Notes under the pieces: generated by a model
Database searches by the model: none
What the model saw: the letters and a program-made list of their open reading frames with translations, nothing else
Told to the model about the DNA's origin: nothing
Translations under genes and position numbers: made by a program
In this document: in pieces, positions 15,294-23,511 of the stretch
How positions within the stretch are numbered: position 1 is the stretch's first letter
Layout of the letters: the number at the start of each line of letters is the position of its first letter
Assembly (NCBI GenBank): GCA_041736305.1
Contig: JBGSTX010000331.1
Span: forward strand, 1 to 28,163
Direction: 5' to 3'
DNA: 28,163 nucleotides
From: Oligoflexus sp.
Lineage (GTDB): Bacteria > Bdellovibrionota_B > Oligoflexia > Oligoflexales > Oligoflexaceae

Positions 15294-18032
15294 GTGCGAC
15301 TTGGCCTCATCATCATACTAGCTAGCATTTGGACCCAGATTGCCTGGGCCTTTCCTGAGCATATTGCGCCCATAGACCTGAGTGATCTGAGCCGCTATTA
15401 CGTTGATGCTACAGGACAAAAGACTATCGAGGACATTCGCCGGCTAGAGCCTGGTGCCTGGCAGGCCTTCGACGCAGTTGGTGGAAACTTTGGTTTTCGT
15501 GACGAAACTTTCTGGTTTCAGATCGCTCTTCCCGCTTGCACGCAAGCTCACCAGAAAAGAGTTTTGGAGGTGGCTTATCCGCTGCTGGACCAAATAGAAT
15601 TCTGGTCTTTTTCAAATGCCACCCAGGGTACCTATATAAAAACCGGAGATGCTTTAAAGGCATCCGAGCGGCCCTATGAACATCTTAACTTCGGCTTCCC
15701 GGTTTCCTGTAACAGCCAGACAAGTTTGTACCTGAAGGTTTCCACCGAAGGTATTATGCAGGTGCCTCTCAAGCTCTGGCCAGAGCTAGGCTTCGTATCG
15801 CATTCTTACAAGCAGGAATTACCCCAGATATTCTATATGGGCGCCATGCTCATGATGGTTTTTTACAACGCTTTCGTCATGATTTCAGCGAGGCGACTGA
15901 ACTACCTTTACTTTATTCTCCACACCACTTCAATCGTGGCCTTCCAGGCAGGAATTAGCGGTATAGGATTCCGCTATGTCTGGCCCCATTCACCGATCAT
16001 CAATGACTATATCATCGACAAGTCGATTCTGCTCATGGTCCTCTTTGCCCTTGCCTTTGGGGTGAGCCACCTTGAGATGAAGGATAAATTCCCAAGGACC
16101 TATCAACTCGTCATCCGGATGTGCTTAGCTATAAGTGCCTACTTCTTTATTTCATTTGCTCTTCCTTATCATATTGCCATGCGTCTCTCGATCGCTTGGG
16201 TTTTTATAGGAATTGCGCTGGGTCTTTACATGATAGGAATCGGCTACACCGAGGGCCACTACAAGAAGTTCTGGCATGCTACCTGGGTCCTATTCCTCGC
16301 GGGCGCTATCGGCCTCATTATCAGCCGCACGGGTTTGACACCTCGATATTCGTTTATGGAACATTCAATGCAATTGGGTACCGTATTGGTATCTGCACTC
16401 ATCTCTTACGCGATGGCTGATCAACTGAATTTACTGCGCCTCAACCTCGCTGAGTCGAATGAAAAGCTCGAAAGAACCTTGGCTCTTATTGAAACTATCG
16501 TCCTTGAAAAAACTGAAAATATCCGCACGATAATGAACACTTTGCAGCAGGGTATCATCACGGTCAAGACTACGGAACTGCTCATCGAGCCCGAGTATTC
16601 CCGGGCCACCGAAAGCATACTAGGCCGTAAGGCTCTCGAAGGTAGCCACTTTGAGAAGGCCTTTCTTGAACGACTCGATCTAGGTGCAGATATAAGGGGA
16701 CGAGCGGTGTCCGCTCTGCAGATCAGTTTGCATGAGGATCCACTCAGTTTCGAATTGAACGCGCCCCAGCTGCCTGTCGAAGCTCAAATAAAGAACGGTC
16801 AGGGCCTCAGAGATCTGGTGATAGATTGGGTTCCTATCTTGAAGGATGATGTAATCGATCGCTATCTCATTGCTTTTCGCGATGTGACCGAGCTTAAAGT
16901 CCTCCGCCTGAATCAGAAGAAGCAGAGTGAAATGCTCAGCAAACTGCAGCAGATCGTTGACTCGGACGTCCGTCTTCTCAGAAAATTTCTTCAAGACTCA
17001 GAATATATCATTCACAATAATCTCCAGCTCCCCTTGACGAGCAGTCCAGATGACGATCAACTCAAGCGTCTTCTTATCTATATCCATACGCTGAAAGGCG
17101 AGAGTCGCTCTCTAGGTCTCGAAGAGCTGGCCGACCGCTGTCACCAACTCGAAGATACATACATGGCCATGCGTCAAGGGACGATACGTTGGGCGCCGAT
17201 CAACATTACAGAGAGCCTGGACCGAGTCAGGGTGAGTCTCGAGAGCTACAGGCAGATCTATCAAGAGAACATCGAGCACCTCATCACCGAAAACGATGTA
17301 CTGATCGATCAGTCAACACTGAGTCGCTGGAAAGACAAGCTCAACGTTATGATGCTCCAGGACAAAAAAGAGCAGGAAGCGCTGCGACCCATACTCAGCG
17401 AGATTTACAACATCCTTTATCTGAGTTTTGATAATTACAAATTGAAGCTGCAGTTGAAGATTCGGCGGATAGCCTACGATCTAGGGCAGGTCGAACCAGA
17501 ACTGCGGGTACACGGCGATATGCTCTATCTCCAGCCTAAGATAGTCGACCTATTGGATCGCTGCTTCATCCACATCTTTCAAAACTCCTTGGTTCACGGA
17601 ATCGAAGACCAAGCTCAGCGCCGTGAGCAGGGCAAGAGTCCAGTTGGTAACATCACGATAGCTATCGCCCAGAAGCCGTTTTTCGTGCACCTGTTGATCG
17701 AAGACGATGGTGTCGGCGTGGAAATCGCTAAGGTGCGGCAGAAGGCTATCGCGATGGGCTACATTCTTCCCGATCAGAAGTTAGACGAGGAAACGATTAA
17801 AAACTTCATCCTCCGCTCAGGCTTTTCATCAGCTGATGTGGTCACAGCCTATGCCGGGCGTGGAGTCGGGCTCGATGCTATCCGGCACTTCGTGAGCGAA
17901 TTCGGAGGCCAGTTTAACATCCTCTTCGCGCAAGAAAAATTTGGATTTTTACCTATGCAGTTGATCATAGAGCTGCCGGCCCATCTCTTCCCTGACGTTC
18001 CTTGGCAAAAATTGGGCGACGAAGCCGCCTAA
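15294..18032 (+). CDS. Membrane sensor kinase: 7TM-DISM extracellular and 7TM domains, PAS-like region, HPt and CheA-like HATPase (no CheW domain)
   Basis: NFGF...FWF, LEVAYPLLDQIEF, TGDAL..SERP (DISMED2); seven TM segments; IHTLKGESRSLGL (HPt); HIFQNSLVHGIE, IEDDGVG, GFSSA...AGRGVGLD (CheA-type ATPase). Confidence 0.88.
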   Translation: MRLGLIIILASIWTQIAWAFPEHIAPIDLSDLSRYYVDATGQKTIEDIRRLEPGAWQAFDAVGGNFGFRDETFWFQIALPACTQAHQKRVLEVAYPLLDQIEFWSFSNATQGTYIKTGDALKASERPYEHLNFGFPVSCNSQTSLYLKVSTEGIMQVPLKLWPELGFVSHSYKQELPQIFYMGAMLMMVFYNAFVMISARRLNYLYFILHTTSIVAFQAGISGIGFRYVWPHSPIINDYIIDKSILLMVLFALAFGVSHLEMKDKFPRTYQLVIRMCLAISAYFFISFALPYHIAMRLSIAWVFIGIALGLYMIGIGYTEGHYKKFWHATWVLFLAGAIGLIISRTGLTPRYSFMEHSMQLGTVLVSALISYAMADQLNLLRLNLAESNEKLERTLALIETIVLEKTENIRTIMNTLQQGIITVKTTELLIEPEYSRATESILGRKALEGSHFEKAFLERLDLGADIRGRAVSALQISLHEDPLSFELNAPQLPVEAQIKNGQGLRDLVIDWVPILKDDVIDRYLIAFRDVTELKVLRLNQKKQSEMLSKLQQIVDSDVRLLRKFLQDSEYIIHNNLQLPLTSSPDDDQLKRLLIYIHTLKGESRSLGLEELADRCHQLEDTYMAMRQGTIRWAPINITESLDRVRVSLESYRQIYQENIEHLITENDVLIDQSTLSRWKDKLNVMMLQDKKEQEALRPILSEIYNILYLSFDNYKLKLQLKIRRIAYDLGQVEPELRVHGDMLYLQPKIVDLLDRCFIHIFQNSLVHGIEDQAQRREQGKSPVGNITIAIAQKPFFVHLLIEDDGVGVEIAKVRQKAIAMGYILPDQKLDEETIKNFILRSGFSSADVVTAYAGRGVGLDAIRHFVSEFGGQFNILFAQEKFGFLPMQLIIELPAHLFPDVPWQKLGDEAA

Positions 18033-18165
18033 AAAAACTGCTTTTTTTTGCTCTAACTAGCTGCAATTGAAAATTTATCTCGCTGGGCTTAACTTTTGCC
18101 ACTAATCGTCCGAAACGAGATGAGCTGCTAGTTAAAAGTCTTTTGATGTCTTTTTGGGGGGACTA

Positions 18166-18618
18166 ATGAAATCGGGCACACTTTTGACACTTTACGCTTC
18201 GTTTCTTGGGGTCACGCTCAGCTTAGGAGCCTGTAGCCAGGAACCGGTTGCAACTACCTACAAAAAAAGCGTCCAGAGCGGAGCTGCACCTGCAGGCCCT
18301 GGTACCGGTGACCTCAAGGGCACCACACCAGCGCCGGGCCCTACCACTCCCCCTGCGACAGGCAGCCCGACTACTCCTCCTGCTGGTGGCGCTGGCGCTG
18401 ACCCAGTAGCCGCAGGAAAGCTTTTCTTTACCAGCAAAAACTGCGTTTCTTGTCACGGTCCAGAAGGTAAACTCGCAACCGCACCTTTAAGCGGCCTACC
18501 CTATGATGAGCCCGCATTAGGCGTCGCGATGGGTGCTAGTCCATCCCATACAGGCATTTGGCCAGCGGGCAACGATATTAAGAACCTACTGGCGTTTTTT
18601 GCAACTCTGCCGCCCTGA
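18166..18618 (+). CDS. Monoheme c-type cytochrome lipoprotein with Pro/Thr/Gly tether
   Basis: Lipobox LGAC, low-complexity linker, 'GKLFF...CVSCHG' heme-binding motif; ATG 18166 after GGGGGA. Confidence 0.85.
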   Translation: MKSGTLLTLYASFLGVTLSLGACSQEPVATTYKKSVQSGAAPAGPGTGDLKGTTPAPGPTTPPATGSPTTPPAGGAGADPVAAGKLFFTSKNCVSCHGPEGKLATAPLSGLPYDEPALGVAMGASPSHTGIWPAGNDIKNLLAFFATLPP

Positions 18619-18632
18619 TAGCTTTGGAATAA

Positions 18633-18655
18633 GGCCGGGCCTCGCGGGTCCGGTC
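18633..18655 (+). terminator. GC-rich hairpin after the cytochrome gene
   Basis: GGCCGGGCCT-cgc-GGGTCCGGTC (G-U pairs on the + strand); weak U-tract. Confidence 0.45.
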
Positions 18656-18724
18656 CCTAAGCTTGCTTCTTTGCCTGGCCTAGATTTCCTCTTGTACTAG
18701 AAATATTGACTCTGATAACCTCCT

Positions 18725-19153
18725 ATGACACCCATTATTCGATTCACGAACGAGGCTCGAACACTTCGTATGTACGACGTTTCTTTGCGACGCATCAGAG
18801 CCCTAGCGAATTTCGAAGGTTTCGAAGGCAGCTATTTTTCGGCGGGTCACTACCGCTATCATCACCTCAGCGAATTCAATCTACAGCTGGCGATAAGCCT
18901 CGGTCTTCTTAACGATTCCGAGGCCGCTTGGGCCTGGGATGATCTGATCCACAACTATCGCTGGGAAAGTGTTCGGGAAGCGAAACAGCTCGCCTGCATG
19001 CTCGAAACCAAAAGGCCCCCGTTCATTTGCATTATTCGTGACCTCAGCCCTCAGTCAGGTGAGCACGGCCAGATTCTGCAAAAATGCGGGTATCGATTCA
19101 ATGCTAGCAATAAGCTTTTTGAACGCTGGAGCCTCCGCCACGATCAGCTCTGA
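18725..19153 (+). CDS. Hypothetical protein
   Basis: 142-aa ORF filling the gap between two + strand genes; no family recognised and no clear RBS. Confidence 0.5.
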   Translation: MTPIIRFTNEARTLRMYDVSLRRIRALANFEGFEGSYFSAGHYRYHHLSEFNLQLAISLGLLNDSEAAWAWDDLIHNYRWESVREAKQLACMLETKRPPFICIIRDLSPQSGEHGQILQKCGYRFNASNKLFERWSLRHDQL

Positions 19154-19358
19154 ACCCTGAAATCTGCCCAAAATGTAAGATCCAATCGCTTACCAATTCC
19201 TCTTTGCACGCCGAAAAGACCTGGAACCCTTGTCCCGGCAGGGTTACCTCCCGAAACGGTCTCGTTTTTTGCGAGACCGTCTAGAGCATAGCTGCAATCA
19301 ATCGCGTAATTTGCTATCACGGTGGCAGCTTTGTACCCGGGCCTAAAAGGAATTTTCG

Positions 19359-20198
19359 ATGCGCGCGACTTTTAATACTCTGGCAAACATAGCCAAGATC
19401 GCTGGTCAGAGGATGATCCGGAAGAAGAGTCACGAGACTTCAAATAGCGAAATTTACGATCAAATCGCCAGCACCTATGATGACGACTATCATCATATTT
19501 TTGCTCGGGTAAAAAAAGAGATAGAGTTTCAGCTTTCGCAGCTGCCCCTGAAAGAGCCTTCGATTATCGACGTGGGAACGGGGACCGGCGAGAATATTCT
19601 CCTAGCAAAGAAAGTCTTCGGCTCCCTCGGCCAGGTTCATGGAGTCGATATCTCTGAAAAAATGTTGGCGATCGCCAAAGAGAAGCATCCACCCATGCAT
19701 ACTGTCCAGGCTAGTGCGCTCAGCCTCAGCTCGACGATTCAAGCCAAGGCCGACCTCGTTTTCATCCATTTTCTGCTCTCCTACGTGTCAGCTGATCAGC
19801 TCTTGCCACAGGTTGCCACGCGTCTCAACGAAGGTGGATACATTTCGATCGCTTCCTGTTTGGGCACCTCTTGGCCTCGCGGTCAGGGTATTGGTAAGCG
19901 CATCGGCATCGGACCGCAGTCGGTAGTTAATTATATCCCCAAGAGTTCAGCGGAACTTCGCAACAAGATTATCAAGCAAGGATTTAAGGAAGTAGACTCG
20001 ATCGAAATACGCAAACGCCTCATTTTCGAGTCCATCCAGGATGTTTATCGCTTCGGATTCGAGCAAGGCTGGGTCTATCAACTTTTTGAATTCCTCGGCT
20101 GTGCCGGGCAGCCTGAAAAATTCGCTCAGGACTGGGGCCATGCCATACCTTACGACGATGAGCTGCATATTCACATCGGACTTTATCGAAAAGTTTAG
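19359..20198 (+). CDS. Class I SAM-dependent methyltransferase
   Basis: YDQIASTYD, IIDVGTGTG, GVDISEKMLAIAK, LNEGG; AAGGA RBS. Confidence 0.9.
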   Translation: MRATFNTLANIAKIAGQRMIRKKSHETSNSEIYDQIASTYDDDYHHIFARVKKEIEFQLSQLPLKEPSIIDVGTGTGENILLAKKVFGSLGQVHGVDISEKMLAIAKEKHPPMHTVQASALSLSSTIQAKADLVFIHFLLSYVSADQLLPQVATRLNEGGYISIASCLGTSWPRGQGIGKRIGIGPQSVVNYIPKSSAELRNKIIKQGFKEVDSIEIRKRLIFESIQDVYRFGFEQGWVYQLFEFLGCAGQPEKFAQDWGHAIPYDDELHIHIGLYRKV

Positions 20199-20410
20199 TT
20201 CGGCAAATCGTTCGAAAAACTACGATTAAGCCAAATAAACCTGCATTTAATCATGCTAGCAATTCTGTGCATGAATATGAAATCACAACAATAAATCATA
20301 ATTGCCCAGCTGCAAAGAGAAGGCGCTCCTGCCTATAGTAGGCGAGTGACTTCCCTTTATCGACCTGACTCGGGGAGCTATGTATTAAGTAAAAACAAGG
20401 AGGCCTGAGT

Positions 20411-21493
20411 ATGGACATGATGTCAGAACAAGAAAAACGGATGGGTATGGGCAGCGAACTCGCGGATATTGAAATGCGGCAGCGGGCGATCGTGCAGCTG
20501 AATCCGAAGATCGGAGCGCTCCTTGATGGCGAGCCGCGCGAGGAGTGGTCGAATCTGGTCGTAGAAGACGAGAAGAACCTTCGTTTGATTGAGACCACCA
20601 TGACTAATTTTGGGGTAAGGGTCGAGCCAAAGCCTTTCACGCGGGACCTGACCCAACTGGTGGAAAATAAGTTTCAGGATGCTGACGCAAGTCTTCTGGA
20701 AAAAATGGGAGCTTATTCGCTCTTGAAGCAAGCCCAGGTCATGTGCGGCCACATCGTTCACAAGTCAGTCCAGCTGGCTAAGCCCGACGTGAAGGAAGCC
20801 TTAGGCATGTTCGAAGGCGTACAGGCGTCAATGGCAAAGCAGATGGGGCAGATCAGTGGCATCATGGAAAAAGTCGGCACCGAGAGGATCATGGGTGAAG
20901 AACCAGCCAGCGGAATGGTCAACCGTCTGCGCGATGCAGCCGCGGCCGTCGCGGGAGCTGTCATGAGCAAGACCGCCAAGCCTGCTGATGAAATGTCGGT
21001 GCTCAACGTGCTCCGTATGGACCATGCAAAAGCCAAAACCCTGGTGCAGGAAATATCCAAGTCGACCGATCCACTCGACAAAAACGATCTCTTCTATCAG
21101 CTGAAACTTGATCTTAGTGCACACTCCGAAGCCGAAGAGCAAACAGTATATGCTCATTATCGTGCGTATCCTGATATCGCTATGCGCTTTCAGGAATCCT
21201 GGAGCGAGCACGACGAACTGCGTACAGTCCTCGACATGATCTCCAACCTCGATCCTGCAAGCGAACTCTTCCGCACCCGCATGGGTGACCTGCGGGAGCT
21301 TCTGAATCAGCATGTCGACAAAGAGGAAGACGAACTCTTCAAACTGATGCAAGCGAAAAGCGATGAGGCCGAGCTGCAGCAGCTCGCGGCCAATTTCATT
21401 AAGCTCAAAGGTGAAATTCAAGAGCGCCTAAGCCCCCACGTCGCCGACCGCAGCGATGAGCAGCGACCTTCGGCTCCTAGCGCGGGACTGTAA
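20411..21493 (+). CDS. Hemerythrin (HHE) domain protein with an N-terminal helical domain, resembling the cyanobacterial Alr3199 type
   Basis: LRMDH, LSAHSEAEEQTVY, SEHDE, HVDKEEDELF cation-binding motifs; AGGAGG RBS. Confidence 0.85.
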   Translation: MDMMSEQEKRMGMGSELADIEMRQRAIVQLNPKIGALLDGEPREEWSNLVVEDEKNLRLIETTMTNFGVRVEPKPFTRDLTQLVENKFQDADASLLEKMGAYSLLKQAQVMCGHIVHKSVQLAKPDVKEALGMFEGVQASMAKQMGQISGIMEKVGTERIMGEEPASGMVNRLRDAAAAVAGAVMSKTAKPADEMSVLNVLRMDHAKAKTLVQEISKSTDPLDKNDLFYQLKLDLSAHSEAEEQTVYAHYRAYPDIAMRFQESWSEHDELRTVLDMISNLDPASELFRTRMGDLRELLNQHVDKEEDELFKLMQAKSDEAELQQLAANFIKLKGEIQERLSPHVADRSDEQRPSAPSAGL

Positions 21494-21499
21494 TCTTTC

Positions 21500-21526
21500 G
21501 GAAGTGGGTGACTTGCGCCCACTTCC
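21500..21526 (+). terminator. Hairpin terminator after the hemerythrin gene
   Basis: GGAAGTGGGTG-acttg-CGCCCACTTCC, 11-bp stem 6 bp after the stop; pyrimidine-rich tail. Confidence 0.6.
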
Positions 21527-21674
21527 TCGTCCCTATCTTGTCTCCCCATCGACTTGAACAAGTCTTGTGCAGGCCTCTTGACACTTCGCTTTCACGAATT
21601 AACTTTAGTGAGTCCATGAAACCGTTTCGCCCTTATCTCTGATATCGGCTTTGTACTATTTAAAGGGACTCACC

Positions 21675-22751
21675 ATGAGCGCATCACTTTTTTCAGCTTA
21701 TCAGCTTGGCTCCACTAGCCTCAAAAATCGAGTAGTCATGGCCCCATTGACCCGTAACCGGGCGATTGGATTCATTCCTAACGAACTTATGGCCACTTAC
21801 TATTCCCAGAGAGCCGAAGCTGGTCTCATCGTTACCGAAGGTACTTCACCCTCTCCTCATGGGCTCGGGTATACGAGAATTCCAGGCTTATTTTCCAAGG
21901 AGCAGGTCGAGGGCTGGAAGAAGACGACCGAGCAAGTTCACAAGGCTGGCGGCAAGATTTTTGTTCAACTAATGCATACTGGCAGAGCTTCTCAGGTCAA
22001 TAATATGCCCCCGGGAACCCGCATTCTCGCCCCTTCTGCCATCCGTCTTTCTGGTGAAATCTTCACTGACACCGCAGGTATGCAGCCCTATACGGTACCT
22101 GAGGCCATGAGCGAGCAGGATATCCAGGATACTATCGAAGAATATGTCCGTGCGTCTCAACTGGCTATTGAGGCTGGATTTGACGGAGTCGAACTCCACG
22201 CAGCCAATGGCTATTTGATTGAGCAATTCATAGGTCCCGCCAGCAACCAAAGGCAGGATCGCTGGGGTGGATCGATAGAGAATCGCCTTCGCTTCCCCCT
22301 CACCATCGCCGAAAGGGTCGTCAAGGCCATAGGCGCAAGCAAGGTGGGTATGCGTGTGTCCCCCTACGGAGTCTTCAACGATCAAACTCCCTATCCAGAG
22401 CTTGAAGACACTTACAGCGAACTCGCCAAGAAGTTATCTGGCCTGAATCTGGCCTACATGCACGTCGTCGATCACAGCGGTATGGGAGCTCCAGAGGTGA
22501 AACCCTCGGTAAAAGAGAAGATCCGCAAAAATTTCACCGGGACTCTCATCCTTTCCGGCAACTATGATGTGGAACGGGCCGAGCAGGACCTGCTAGCGAA
22601 AAAAGCCGACCTGATTGCGTTTGGACGGCCTTTTATCAGCAATCCTCGCCTAGTGAGCAAGCTCGAGAAAAAACTCCCGCTGCGTGAAAGCGATCCCAGC
22701 ACCTATTACACCCCCGGTGCAAAGGGCTATACTGACTATCCTCTCGATTGA
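21675..22751 (+). CDS. Old Yellow Enzyme / NemA-like alkene reductase (FMN oxidoreductase)
   Basis: NRVVMAPLTR, YYSQRA, QLMHTGR, GFDGVELHAANGYL, RWGGSIENRLRF, FGRPFISNP, GYTDYP. Confidence 0.95.
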   Translation: MSASLFSAYQLGSTSLKNRVVMAPLTRNRAIGFIPNELMATYYSQRAEAGLIVTEGTSPSPHGLGYTRIPGLFSKEQVEGWKKTTEQVHKAGGKIFVQLMHTGRASQVNNMPPGTRILAPSAIRLSGEIFTDTAGMQPYTVPEAMSEQDIQDTIEEYVRASQLAIEAGFDGVELHAANGYLIEQFIGPASNQRQDRWGGSIENRLRFPLTIAERVVKAIGASKVGMRVSPYGVFNDQTPYPELEDTYSELAKKLSGLNLAYMHVVDHSGMGAPEVKPSVKEKIRKNFTGTLILSGNYDVERAEQDLLAKKADLIAFGRPFISNPRLVSKLEKKLPLRESDPSTYYTPGAKGYTDYPLD

Positions 22752-22889
22752 TTTCCTGAGGGGCGCAAGTGGGGGGAAGTTGGTTTTTGAAAGATGGTAG
22801 ATACCTTGCAATAGGACAACTGGAGAGTAGCCATGCTCGAAGGCTGTCCTGCACTCTGGCCCTCCCACTTACCTGCTGAGGAAATCTTG

Positions 22890-23426
22890 ATGAACCTGCT
22901 GCTGAAGTCTTCTCTCTTGCCGATGACGCTCTTAACATTCCTTATATCTTGCAAAAGTCGCCCTCAACTAAATATGGGTGGCAGTAACGTCTCCAGCTTT
23001 ACCTTCGATAAGTTTGAAGCTCCGACTGACGGTCCTAAGTGGGAAAACGTCAAAGTTACTATGGTCAGAACTAAGCCGACTGCCAAGAATATAGACAAGA
23101 GCTTTGGCGTTGATAAATTCGACTCTGGGCGCGCCGAAGACATCGAATTGAAAGTCGAATACGGTACTTACACGGTGAATATCGCCTACTCTGATAAGAA
23201 TGGCAAACTAGTCTACGAGTCTTGCTCTAAGGAAAAAACTAAAGACCACGAGATTAATCAGCCTAAATTTCAGGTGACTATCAAAATCTGTAAGGTCGCC
23301 GGTTCGGATACTGGTAACAACACTGGTAACAACACTGGATCTAACGACAATAATAGCGAAGAGCCCGCAGGCGACGTTACCCTCAAGCCATCTGCAAGTG
23401 TTTCGATTACTCCAACACTTGAGTAA
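22890..23426 (+). CDS. Lipoprotein of unknown function (beta-rich, Asn/Gly/Thr linker)
   Basis: ATG 22890 with GAGGA RBS; lipobox FLISC; two further Cys residues. Confidence 0.75.
   Translation: MNLLLKSSLLPMTLLTFLISCKSRPQLNMGGSNVSSFTFDKFEAPTDGPKWENVKVTMVRTKPTAKNIDKSFGVDKFDSGRAEDIELKVEYGTYTVNIAYSDKNGKLVYESCSKEKTKDHEINQPKFQVTIKICKVAGSDTGNNTGNNTGSNDNNSEEPAGDVTLKPSASVSITPTLE
23310..23338 (+). repeat. 12-bp in-frame tandem repeat (ACTGGTAACAAC) x ~2.4
   Basis: Read directly; encodes TGNN-TGNN-TG. Confidence 0.85.
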
Positions 23427-23483
23427 AGTGGCACTTCTATCATAGATAGCGTCAGCACAGAAACTGACGATTCTTCAATTCTT

Positions 23484-23509
23484 GAGGCCCTTTTGGGCCT
23501 CTTTTTTTT
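23484..23509 (+). terminator. Intrinsic terminator
   Basis: GAGGCCC-tttt-GGGCCTC followed by T8. Confidence 0.9.
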
Positions 23510-23511
23510 GT

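Noticed and set aside
4827-21421. Long antisense ORFs (4827-5471, 8229-8876, 13969-14445, 20828-21421)
   Set aside because: They are shadows of well-supported genes on the opposite strand, with no recognisable motifs.
21511-22770. 10-bp inverted repeat (ACTTGCGCCC / GGGCGCAAGT) flanking the OYE gene
   Set aside because: The match does not extend, such 10-mers are expected by chance in 28 kb, and there is no transposase or target duplication.
22820-22860. Glycine riboswitch (GGAGAG...CGAAGG...ACTCT)
   Set aside because: It lacks the CTCTCAGG 3' motif and the P3 pairing, and the downstream gene is unrelated to glycine metabolism.
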